From the NCBI GenBank assembly GCA_965223855.1, contig CBDCXM010000008.1:576001-640000 (forward strand): DNA of 64,000 nt, written 5' to 3'. The notes below the pieces were generated by a model. That model had not been told where the DNA came from, did not search any database, and was given only the letters and a program-made list of their open reading frames with translations. The DNA is from Candidatus Multivoradales bacterium (lineage in GTDB: Bacteria; Acidobacteriota; Thermoanaerobaculia; Multivoradales; JAHEKO01). The stretch's first letter is position 1; each line of letters opens with the position of its first letter. The position numbers and the translations under genes were made by a program. Of this stretch, positions 39,978 through 48,391 are shown piece after piece.

Positions 39978-40942
39978 CCGGCTGGCGTAGCGTCTCCCTG
40001 GCGGTGGCGCTGTCTATCGCTGCGACGGCCGCGTTCTCCCACGAGGAGCACGCGCAGGAGGAGAGGTCGCCCTTCATCCGCATCCTCGGCGTCGCTCAGG
40101 ACGGCGGCTTCCCGCACGCCGCCTGCGAGCACCGGGCCTGCCGCCAGGCCCGGGACGGCGAGATCCCCTCGCACCTCGTCTCGAGCCTTGCGCTGGTCCT
40201 TCCGGCAAGCGGCAAGGTCTACCTGTTCGACGCCACCCCCGATCTGCGCCGCCAGCTCGATCTGCTGCGCGACGTTCGCGATCTGCCGACGGACCGCGTC
40301 GATCGCGCGCCCCTAGACGGCGTCTTCCTGACCCACGCCCATATGGGGCACTACACCGGCCTTGCCTTCCTCGGTTTCGAGGCGGTGAGCGCTTCGGCGC
40401 TGCCGGTCTGGGGAACCGAGCGGATGGGTCGGTTTCTCAGCGAACACGGACCGTGGTCGCAGCTGGTCGACTTCGGCAACATCGAGCTGCGACGGATCGA
40501 CGAGAGGACCCCGGTCGAGCTCGGCGAAGGGGTCACCGTCCGCGCCTTCACCGTCCCCCACCGCGACGAGTTCTCCGACACTGTCGCCTTCGTCATCGAG
40601 GGACCCCGTCGCAAGGTTCTCTTCGTGCCGGACACCGACCGCTGGGAGAGCTGGCGGCCGGGCCTCGTCGAGCGACTCGGCGACATCGACGTGGCGCTCC
40701 TCGACAGCACCTTCTACTCGATGGACGAGCTGCCGGGAAGGAACCTCGAAGAGGCGCCGCATCCGTTGACCACCACCTCTATGGACCTCCTCCAGGGACT
40801 GGTCGACGACGGTCGAGTCGAGGTGCGCTTCCTCCACCTCAACCACTCGAACCCCGCACTGCTCGAGGACTCCATCGAACGCCGGGAGGTCGAGTCGCGA
40901 GGCTTCGCGGTCGCGAGCGAGGGCGACGAGATCGGGCTCTAG
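39974..40942 (+). CDS. PqqB-like metallo-beta-lactamase fold hydrolase, secreted
   Basis: 'LGVAQDGGFPH..C...C', 'DATPD', 'LTHAHMGHYTG', 'VPHRDE', 'HLNHSNP'; signal peptide. Confidence 0.85.
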   Translation: MTGWRSVSLAVALSIAATAAFSHEEHAQEERSPFIRILGVAQDGGFPHAACEHRACRQARDGEIPSHLVSSLALVLPASGKVYLFDATPDLRRQLDLLRDVRDLPTDRVDRAPLDGVFLTHAHMGHYTGLAFLGFEAVSASALPVWGTERMGRFLSEHGPWSQLVDFGNIELRRIDERTPVELGEGVTVRAFTVPHRDEFSDTVAFVIEGPRRKVLFVPDTDRWESWRPGLVERLGDIDVALLDSTFYSMDELPGRNLEEAPHPLTTTSMDLLQGLVDDGRVEVRFLHLNHSNPALLEDSIERREVESRGFAVASEGDEIGL

Positions 40943-42126
40943 TCGTCGATGTAGCCCATGCGGGTGCGCACCTTCGCCACCCCGCGCACCCGGACATCCA
41001 CTTCGCGCCAGCTTCCGTCGCGCTTCGCATTGCTCGGGTAGTAGCCGAGCACGTACTGGTTGCGCAGCTCTTCGAGAATCTCCGCGAAGGCGTCGGGAAG
41101 CTCGTCGGGGTCATCGAGCTCTTCGATCCGTCCGCCGCTCTCGTTGACGGCACGACGCAGCCGCCGGTACTCCTCCTGGTTCTCCTCGTAACCTCTCCAG
41201 GCGGAGTTGAACTCCGGGGGGCCCGACTGCCCATCGTGGCGCAGGTAGATCCAGTAGACGACCGCCTGACTCCGCTGCGCCTTCCAGAGCACATCTTCCA
41301 TGTCGAGCAGGCTGTGCACGTCCGAGCCGTCGGTGAAGAGCACCACCACGCGGCGTCCCTGCCGGCCGTCGAGGAGCTTGAGGCTGGCGTAGAGGTAGTC
41401 GTTGATCGCCGTACCGCCGGTGGGCTCGACCGATGAGAGCGCCGATTCGAGGATCGCCGGGTCCTTCGTGAAGGGGGTCGAGCCGAGCATGCGATCGGAG
41501 AAGAGCAGCAGCTTCGCCTCGTCGAGTTCACTCATCCCCTCGAGAAAGATGCGCGCCCCCGACAGGGCGGAGTCGAATCGCTCCCCCTCCATGCTGGCGC
41601 TGCAATCGAGCAGCAGGACGGCCGTCATCGGCACGTTCTCCGCCTCGAAGGTCACGATGTTCTGTCGCTCCCCTCCGTCGAAGATGCGGAAAGCATCTCG
41701 ATCGAGCCCGGACACCCTCTCGCCCTCCGCCGTCACATTGACGTAGAGCTGGCGCAGCTCGATCTCGAGCGAGTCATCGACCGAGAAGGTGCCTGTCATG
41801 CGGCTCGCCTCGACTCGGACGCCCCCCTCGAGACGGGCTACCACCCGCAGGGTGTGCTCCACGTTGTCGTAACCGACGTCGGCCACCACTTCCCAGGGAG
41901 CCTCGGTATCGACACCGACGCTTCGACCGTCGACGAAAAACTCGACCGCCAGGACCGGCAGCTCGCTCTCGACGTGGGCGGCGATCTCGACCGGCCCGTA
42001 GACCGCCACGCCCGCATCCGGGCTCAGGAACCAGGCGAGATCCTCGGCCGCGACCGGGCCGGTGAGCCCAACCGCTACGGAAGCTACGGCGATCGCCAGC
42101 GCCACCAGAGAGGTTCGAAAGGTCAT
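40939..42126 (-). CDS. Secreted VWA domain protein with N-terminal Ig-like domain
   Basis: MIDAS 'LLDCSASM', 'GTAIND', 'LFTDG', 'QYVLGYYP...DGSWR' (Acidobacterial-type VWA); 'VEFFVDG' Ig-like region. Confidence 0.88.
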   Translation of the reverse strand: MTFRTSLVALAIAVASVAVGLTGPVAAEDLAWFLSPDAGVAVYGPVEIAAHVESELPVLAVEFFVDGRSVGVDTEAPWEVVADVGYDNVEHTLRVVARLEGGVRVEASRMTGTFSVDDSLEIELRQLYVNVTAEGERVSGLDRDAFRIFDGGERQNIVTFEAENVPMTAVLLLDCSASMEGERFDSALSGARIFLEGMSELDEAKLLLFSDRMLGSTPFTKDPAILESALSSVEPTGGTAINDYLYASLKLLDGRQGRRVVVLFTDGSDVHSLLDMEDVLWKAQRSQAVVYWIYLRHDGQSGPPEFNSAWRGYEENQEEYRRLRRAVNESGGRIEELDDPDELPDAFAEILEELRNQYVLGYYPSNAKRDGSWREVDVRVRGVAKVRTRMGYIDD

Positions 42127-43211
42127 TGTCCGGTCGCTTCGCCGCCCACGGCTGCCGTGTTCGCCATCAGCAGGACGCTCCTGCCCTTCGCCGCCGCCTC
42201 CCGCAGCCGCGAGCGGGTCTCTTCGAGCGCCTGCTGCGGCCAGCGGGTGTAGAAGTAGCGCTCCGACTCCGACTCGGCCTGCTGCGGCAGCGCGCGGAGC
42301 GCGGTCAGCGCCTCGGTCGGCCTCCTGCGGCGTTCGAGCAGGAACGACTCGAGGATCGCCTGGCGCGAACTGTCCGGGTACTCGCGAGCTGCAGTCTTCG
42401 CAATCTCGAGTCCAGCGTCCCCAGCCAGCCGCCGTGCCCGTTCCTGCAGCGCCAGGCGGCGCATCCAGTCGGGGATCTCCATCGACAGCACCAGCTCGAG
42501 CTCTTCGAGCGCCTCCGCCCTTTCCCCCATCCGGGCGGTGACGAGAGCGAGGCGCAACCTCGGCTCGGGAAGCTCGGGCGCGAGGCGTACCGACTCCCTG
42601 TAGTGGTGCTGCGCCTGCCCCAGCTCGCCCCGACGTTCGTACATCGCCGCCAGACCGAGATGGGCCGCCATCTGACCGGGATACAGATCGAGCGCCTCCG
42701 AGTAGAGCGCGGCCGACCGGCGAACGACCAGAGCCTGCTGCAGATGTCCGCCCAGACTCGCGAGCAGGTCGGACGCAAGGACCTTCGACGTTCCCTCCTG
42801 CGAGTTCTTGGCGTAGAAGTGCGCCAGCTCGGCGGCCATCGTTCGGGAGTGGGTCGCAAGCCGCATCTTGCGCTGCGAGGCGTAATAGCCGCCGGCGTCG
42901 TGGTGGAGCATCATGATCGGCACGAGCACCTCGATCGAGCTGCGGCCGATCGTCTCCCGGATGACGGCCAGCTTGGACTTCCACATCTCCTCGACGTCAC
43001 GGGTCGCCTTCTCGGGGCGCACAAGGCTCGACTCCATCGCCTCCAGCGCCTCGAGAGCCGCATCTCCCTCGCCGGCCGCCCACATCTGCAACACCTGCGG
43101 ATAGGCGCTGCGCACCTTCGCGTCGATCTGCGGTCCGGCGGCCCCCGCCGGCGCCACGAGAAGCGCCCCGGCGACGACGGCTCGGAACAGCGATGGGCGT
43201 AGACGGCTCAT
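42123..43211 (-). CDS. Secreted tetratricopeptide repeat protein
   Basis: Signal peptide; TPR helices ('ALDLYP...AHLGLA', 'LAPE....LRLA'). ATGA overlap with the VWA gene. Confidence 0.8.
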   Translation of the reverse strand: MSRLRPSLFRAVVAGALLVAPAGAAGPQIDAKVRSAYPQVLQMWAAGEGDAALEALEAMESSLVRPEKATRDVEEMWKSKLAVIRETIGRSSIEVLVPIMMLHHDAGGYYASQRKMRLATHSRTMAAELAHFYAKNSQEGTSKVLASDLLASLGGHLQQALVVRRSAALYSEALDLYPGQMAAHLGLAAMYERRGELGQAQHHYRESVRLAPELPEPRLRLALVTARMGERAEALEELELVLSMEIPDWMRRLALQERARRLAGDAGLEIAKTAAREYPDSSRQAILESFLLERRRRPTEALTALRALPQQAESESERYFYTRWPQQALEETRSRLREAAAKGRSVLLMANTAAVGGEATGQ

Positions 43212-43429
43212 GGGGCGACAAGGCTAACCATGGTGCACCCTGCGCGCAAGCCGATCGGCAAAGGACGCCTTGCGGCGTGCGCAGGAAGGCCCGGTGCGGG
43301 GTACTGGAGGGCGGATGCCCGGTTGCGCCGAGCCTCTCTGGGTTCGATGTGAGCGTCAACTCGACGAAGCCCGGGGCTATTCCCGCTTCGCAGCGATCGG
43401 GCCGTTTCCGGCCGTATACTCGCTCCGCC

Positions 43430-44785
43430 ATGAAGAGCCGACTCCTCTCCGCCGTCGTTGTCGCCCTGCTCGCTTCCACCGCGTCCGCCTCCGCCGGCGG
43501 CGACTGGGTCCGCTATGTCGAGCAGACCTCGGGGCGCATCGACGCCGCGCCGACCGTCGGTATCTCCGACATCGAGGAGAAGGACCTCGCGGCGGCCGAT
43601 CTCGACAAGGACGGCGACGTCGATCTCGTGATCGTGCGCAAGGAGCCCTTCGCCGAGCCGGGTGGCAAGCGCAACGTGCTGCTGATGAACGTCGGTGGCG
43701 TGATGACCGATCTGACCGCCTCGCTGGCCCCGGACCTCCTCGACCTTACCGACGACCGCGACGTCGCCATCGTCGACGTCGATGGAGACACCTGGCTCGA
43801 CGTCATCACTTCGCCCACGTCGTACAAGAACGCCCAGCCTCACCAGCCGCGGGTCTACATGAACCTGGGAGAGTCGGCCGGTGTCTGGCAGGGCCTCGAT
43901 TTCGAGCCCGGCCGGCTGCCGACCTTCTCACCGGCACCCAACTTCTGCGCCATCTCCGTAGGTGACGTCACCGGCGACGACGCACCCGACATCTTCTTCT
44001 CGGACTACCAGAACGACCTCGAGGACCGGCTGCTGATCAATGACGGCAACGGCTTCTTCACCGACGAGACCGCCACCCGGCTCACCCCGAGCATGTCCGA
44101 ATCGGTGTTCGGCACCGACAGCGCGATCATCGACGTCGATGGCGACGACGATCGCGACATCATCAAGAACAACTCCTCCGGCAACTTTCCGCCGCCGGGT
44201 ACACAGCCCGAGGTGAGTGTCTTCTATAACGACGGTACGGGCCACTTCGACTTCGAGCAGGAGGTCTACACGGTCGCTCCCTACATGATCCAGGAGGCCG
44301 ACCTCAACAACGACGGCCGGGTAGACATCTACGTCGTCGATGACGGTCAGGACGCCTACCTGCTCAACCAGGGCAACGACGGCGCCGGCCACGTCATCTG
44401 GAGCACCCGCATCGTCACTAGTAGCCCGAAGACGGCGTTCTTCGGCGGCAACACCGCCGCCGGCGATCTCGACCAGGACGGTTTCGTCGATATCTACGTC
44501 GCCGACGTCGATACCGATATCGAGGGGTGCGACCGCGAGGCGGTGGCGCTGCGCAACCTCGGCAATGTGCCGAACGTCACGCTGACCGATCCGCTCGGTG
44601 GTGCCTCCCGCGACTGGATGCCGACCGGGGTCTACGACATCGCGATCTTCGACATCGACGGTAACGGCCTGGACGACATCTGGGCGGCGACCTGTACCGG
44701 CAACCAGGTCTTCATGGCGACTGCCGTCTTCGCCGACGGCTTCGAGAGCGGCGACACCTCCGCCTGGTCGGCGACGCTTCCCTAG
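43430..44785 (+). CDS. Secreted FG-GAP/VCBS beta-propeller protein with C-terminal 'FADGFESGDTSAWS' tail
   Basis: Signal peptide; about seven DxDxDGxxD repeats; characteristic tail motif. Confidence 0.88.
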   Translation: MKSRLLSAVVVALLASTASASAGGDWVRYVEQTSGRIDAAPTVGISDIEEKDLAAADLDKDGDVDLVIVRKEPFAEPGGKRNVLLMNVGGVMTDLTASLAPDLLDLTDDRDVAIVDVDGDTWLDVITSPTSYKNAQPHQPRVYMNLGESAGVWQGLDFEPGRLPTFSPAPNFCAISVGDVTGDDAPDIFFSDYQNDLEDRLLINDGNGFFTDETATRLTPSMSESVFGTDSAIIDVDGDDDRDIIKNNSSGNFPPPGTQPEVSVFYNDGTGHFDFEQEVYTVAPYMIQEADLNNDGRVDIYVVDDGQDAYLLNQGNDGAGHVIWSTRIVTSSPKTAFFGGNTAAGDLDQDGFVDIYVADVDTDIEGCDREAVALRNLGNVPNVTLTDPLGGASRDWMPTGVYDIAIFDIDGNGLDDIWAATCTGNQVFMATAVFADGFESGDTSAWSATLP

Positions 44786-44966
44786 CCCGGACTTCTCACG
44801 CCGCTGCAGCCTGGTAGGCCGTATGTCACTGAATCTACTTCGTTTTCCGGTCGCTGCGCTCCTCGACGTAGCTACGGCTATGTCTCCGGTGCTCGCGACC
44901 GGAAGCCTCGCATCTTCAGCAACCTACGACCTACCAGACCACACCGGCGTGAGAAGTCCGGGCTAG
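44782..44966. mobile_element. MITE-like non-autonomous element, copy B, with perfect 22-bp terminal inverted repeats
   Basis: ctagcccggacttctcacgccg (44782-44803) and cggcgtgagaagtccgggctag (44945-44966); central palindrome cgtagctacg; inverted relative to copy A. Confidence 0.8.
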
Positions 44967-45946
44967 CTTCCCCCGAGCACCCGGCGCAGCGACGCCTGAT
45001 CGATGTTGCCACCGCTGAGGTAGACGGCCACCGTTGTGCCCGAGAGGCGCTCGCCGAGGCGCCTCACCCCCGCGACGCCACACGCCCCGCCCCCCTCGAC
45101 CAGGTTGTGGGTCGTCTCGAGCAGCAGCCGGATCGCCGCGGCGATCTCGCCCTCCTCGACGGTGACGAAGTCGGCCAATCCCTCCTGCAGTCGCGGGAAG
45201 GTGCCGTAGACGTCTCCTGTGGCCAGCCCGTCGGCGAGCGTCTCGCCGACCGGTCTCGGCGTCCGTCGCCCGGCGTGCCAGGAGTCGTGGAGCGTCGGTG
45301 CGGCCGCGGCCTGGACGCCGTAGACCGGGACCGTGGGCGCGAGCGCCCCGGTGACCGTCAACGCACCCACCGCCTGAGAGCCGCCACCGGCGGAGAGGAC
45401 GAACGCCTCTACCTCCGGGGCCTCGCGCAGCACCTCCAGAGCGATGGTGGCGGCCCCGGCCAGGACCCCTTCGTGATCGGTCGAGTGCACGAAGGTCGCG
45501 CCCCTCTCATCTCGAATCTCCAGCGCCTTCTCGAGCGACTCGTCATAGGTGGCGCCGCTCACGACGAGCTCGGCTCCCAGCGCCTCCATCGCGCGATTCT
45601 TCTCCGGGTTGTTGCCATGCGGCACGCAGACGACCACCGGCACCCCGGCCCGTGCACACGCCCAGGCGAGTCCCTGGCCGTGGTTGCCGCGGGTGGCCGT
45701 GACGAGCCCTCGAGAGCGCTCGGCGGCGTCGAGGAGCGACAGGGCGACGATGCCGTTGCGGACCTTGAACGAGTTGGTCGGCTGGTGATTCTCGTGCTTG
45801 ACCAGCAAGCGGACGCCGTGCCCGACCGCTTCGTCGAGCAGCGGGTAGTTCCTCAACGGCGTCGGCGGCAGCAGCTCGCGGATCACCCGCTCCGCCGCCT
45901 CTACGGCTTCGAAGTCGAGCGCGAGAGCCGCGGCCGGATCACTCAC
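44963..45946 (-). CDS. Threonine/serine dehydratase (fold-type II PLP enzyme)
   Basis: 'PTPL', 'KHENHQPTNSFKVRNG', 'TRGNHGQG', 'SAGGGS', 'LSGGN'. Confidence 0.92.
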   Translation of the reverse strand: MSDPAAALALDFEAVEAAERVIRELLPPTPLRNYPLLDEAVGHGVRLLVKHENHQPTNSFKVRNGIVALSLLDAAERSRGLVTATRGNHGQGLAWACARAGVPVVVCVPHGNNPEKNRAMEALGAELVVSGATYDESLEKALEIRDERGATFVHSTDHEGVLAGAATIALEVLREAPEVEAFVLSAGGGSQAVGALTVTGALAPTVPVYGVQAAAAPTLHDSWHAGRRTPRPVGETLADGLATGDVYGTFPRLQEGLADFVTVEEGEIAAAIRLLLETTHNLVEGGGACGVAGVRRLGERLSGTTVAVYLSGGNIDQASLRRVLGGS

Positions 45947-46859
45947 CCGCCGCCGCCTCCCTCTCGCTCACGATCGAATCGTAGAGAAAGGCGACCACGG
46001 CATCCGGCGGCAGGAACGAAGTCCACTCCTCGTCCCACGGTGCGGTCGGCTTGGCGGCGATCACCTCTTCGCGGCTCTTGCCGGCCGCGACGAGCGGGCT
46101 GATGGCGTCGTGAAGCTCCTGCATCAACGCCCTGTAGGCCACCAGGTCCGCCTTCGTCGACAGCGGTCCATGACCGGGAATGATCCGTGTCTCGTCGTCG
46201 ATCATCCCGAGCACCGCGTCGGCGTGGCGGATCATCCCGGCGAGGGTGCCTCCGGTGCCGACGTCGATGAACGGGTACATCCCGGCGAACATCGTGTCGC
46301 CGAGGTGAACGACGTTGTCCTCCACGAAGTGAACGATCGAATCGCCGTCGGTGTGGGCGCTGCCCTCGAGGTGGAGAATGCGGATCGTGCGGCCGTCGAG
46401 GTGGAAGGTCATCGACTCACGGAACGTCAGCGCCGGCTTGGCGACTTCGGGGGCCGCGTCGGTCCGCATGTCGAACGTCTCGATGTACTGCGGCGCCGAC
46501 ATCTTCTCGCGCACGTTCTCGTGGCCGACGATCCACACCCCCGCCTGACCGAGGTTCTCGTTGCCGCCGGTGTGATCGCCGTGCCAGTGCGTGTTGAGGA
46601 CGAAGTCGATCGGCCGGTCGGTCACCGCTGCGACCGCCTCGAGGATCGCCTCCGTCGCCGGCGCGTACTGGTCGTCGATCAGGAACGTCGCCGACGGGCC
46701 GACGGCGAGGCCGATGTTGCCGCCTCTGCCGGCGAGCATGTAGATCCCCTCCGCCACCTCCTCGGTCGTGATCTCCGGCGCCTCCTGGCCGAAGGCCGCC
46801 GTCGCCGGAACTGTCGCCAGAACGAGAGTCGAAACCGCTGCTGCGAAACTTCGCTTCAT
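45939..46859 (-). CDS. Secreted MBL-fold metallo-hydrolase (cyclase-like)
   Basis: 'GGNIG', 'NTHWHGDHTGGN', 'AHTDGD', 'IIPGHG'; signal peptide. Confidence 0.9.
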   Translation of the reverse strand: MKRSFAAAVSTLVLATVPATAAFGQEAPEITTEEVAEGIYMLAGRGGNIGLAVGPSATFLIDDQYAPATEAILEAVAAVTDRPIDFVLNTHWHGDHTGGNENLGQAGVWIVGHENVREKMSAPQYIETFDMRTDAAPEVAKPALTFRESMTFHLDGRTIRILHLEGSAHTDGDSIVHFVEDNVVHLGDTMFAGMYPFIDVGTGGTLAGMIRHADAVLGMIDDETRIIPGHGPLSTKADLVAYRALMQELHDAISPLVAAGKSREEVIAAKPTAPWDEEWTSFLPPDAVVAFLYDSIVSEREAAAGE

Positions 46860-47116
46860 TGTGCACTCCTCCTGCGCCGATCATAGAGCCTGCCGTCGCC
46901 GCCTGCAGCCCACCCTCCATAAACAGCGATCAGTAAAGAGAATTTCGGCTGCGTCTGGAGCGTTTGACAAGCCCCGCCCGATCCTCCAACATACCCTCCA
47001 TGCGAAGAATCCACGTTCCCGACAATGTGGCAACCACCGACGGATCAGGGCGGTCCGCGGGGTTGGGCGAGGTGGGGCTCGCCATCAAGGGGTACGCCCA
47101 GAAAGGAGGTGGTCCT

Positions 47117-47161
47117 GTGGAGTTACATCAACCAGGTTTTGTGGAGGTGGCGACCCGTTAG
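47117..47161 (+). CDS. Putative 14-aa peptide MELHQPGFVEVATR
   Basis: AAAGGAGGT Shine-Dalgarno 6 nt upstream of GTG; the stop codon lies in a hairpin loop. Confidence 0.4.
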   Translation: MELHQPGFVEVATR

Positions 47162-47238
47162 CGGGTACCTCCAACGCCTCCGTGGTTCTGGAGCCCCGTG
47201 ATTCGCGGGAAACCCCTCGCCACCGAGACAAACCAAGG

Positions 47239-47270
47239 AAGCCCCGGCCGGAAACGGCCGGGGCTTTTCT
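47239..47270 (+). terminator. Rho-independent terminator
   Basis: gccccggccg-gaaa-cggccggggc followed by ttttct. Confidence 0.85.
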
Positions 47271-47279
47271 CGTTCCGGG

Positions 47280-47732
47280 CTAACGGTCCAGGAGAGACCG
47301 GATCTCGACCGGACCCTGGACGACGGCATGATCGTAGGCCGTCAGGCCGTCGTGATCGCGAAGCCCCAGACTCGTGCCGTGGTCGAGCAGCAGGCCGATC
47401 GTCCGCACGAAGATCGGATGCACCCGCTCCGCTTCCAGTTCCCCGCACGCGATCACAGCGTGCATGAGGGCGGTCATGCCCGAATCGTCCTGAGCGTCGG
47501 GATCGGCACCGGCAGCCAGCAGGTCTGCAACGACGAGAGCCTGCCCCCAGAAGCTCGCGGCCATGAGGGCAGTCGTTCCGTCCTCGTCACAGGAATCGAC
47601 ACTCGCGCCTTCCGCAAGGAGCCGCCTCACGACCTTCCTGTCGCCAGACGATGCCGCATCGCACAGCTGCGAGCCGGAGGTGAACTGAGGAGTCGGAACC
47701 TCGACCGAGCGGAGACGCCGCTGAGCGGGCAT
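47280..47732 (-). CDS. Ankyrin repeat protein
   Basis: 'GTTALMAA', 'LLAAGADPDAQD..GMTALMHA', 'GLTAYD'. Confidence 0.88.
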   Translation of the reverse strand: MPAQRRLRSVEVPTPQFTSGSQLCDAASSGDRKVVRRLLAEGASVDSCDEDGTTALMAASFWGQALVVADLLAAGADPDAQDDSGMTALMHAVIACGELEAERVHPIFVRTIGLLLDHGTSLGLRDHDGLTAYDHAVVQGPVEIRSLLDR

Positions 47733-48152
47733 CTACTCGATCCAGCGCAGAGCGCCGCCTGAGTGGCGCCGGTCGCTGCCATGCCTGCCTCGGCGTGGCC
47801 CGGCGGGCCGGCGATCGTTCGGGCGTTGTGGAAGGGAGTTCCAGGTGTCGTCCCAGTCACCCTCGTCGGGAGATTCCCACTCGTCCTCGTCGCTGTCCCA
47901 GTCGTCCTCGTCCGAGTCACCTTCCGAGTCCTCGTCAGGGTCGTCCATCGGATCGTCGTCCCAGTCCTCGTCCTCGAACTCGGACTCGGACTCGGACTCG
48001 GACTCGGACTCGAGAACACTCGACTCTCCGATCGCCGGAGCACGGCCGCGAACGGCGATACCGGGCCAACCGATGCCGGGAAATCCGAAGGCCTCTTCCG
48101 CCTCTCCGGCACCGGTGCAGGTCGGTCGATCGACAACAAGCTTCATCACCAT
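47733..48152 (-). CDS. Highly acidic low-complexity protein
   Basis: AAGGAGG RBS before ATG 48152; (ES)n tract and D/E/W-rich segment; stop abuts the ankyrin start. Confidence 0.55.
   Translation of the reverse strand: MVMKLVVDRPTCTGAGEAEEAFGFPGIGWPGIAVRGRAPAIGESSVLESESESESESEFEDEDWDDDPMDDPDEDSEGDSDEDDWDSDEDEWESPDEGDWDDTWNSLPQRPNDRRPAGPRRGRHGSDRRHSGGALRWIE
47978..48012. repeat. Hexanucleotide tandem repeat (GACTCG), about 6 units
   Basis: Seen directly; encodes the Glu-Ser repeat on the minus strand. Confidence 0.85.
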
Positions 48153-48391
48153 CCGAGGCCTCCTTGTGCCTGGGGACGAAAGACCCGTTGAGGCGCTCAA
48201 CGCGTCTGTCTGAAACGCTGTCGCTGACGAGACGCTATGCCCCCATTCTCGGCCCTGTCAAGCGCTTCCTGGACAGCGGAATCCGGGGGCGAGCGGCCGC
48301 AAAACAAGGTGCAGGAGGCGGGTCGAGACCGCCACTCGCCGGAGAAGAGCGCTCAGGGGTTCCCGACGGAGCCGACCGCCAGCCTGCCGGT

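Larger units (their letters stand above)
47061..47270 (+). ncRNA. Putative structured small RNA / sORF mRNA of unknown family
   Basis: Long 5'-3' complementarity (47061-47110 with 47176-47224), internal hairpin 47142-47173, upstream TTGACA at 46964, strong terminator. Confidence 0.55.

Noticed and set aside
39974-40942. PQQ biosynthesis cluster
   Set aside because: Only a PqqB-like gene is present; no precursor peptide or pqqCDE.
47100-47116. 16S rRNA 3'-end fragment on the minus strand
   Set aside because: Only about 16 nt match and no flanking rRNA sequence is present; better read as a strong SD on the plus strand.
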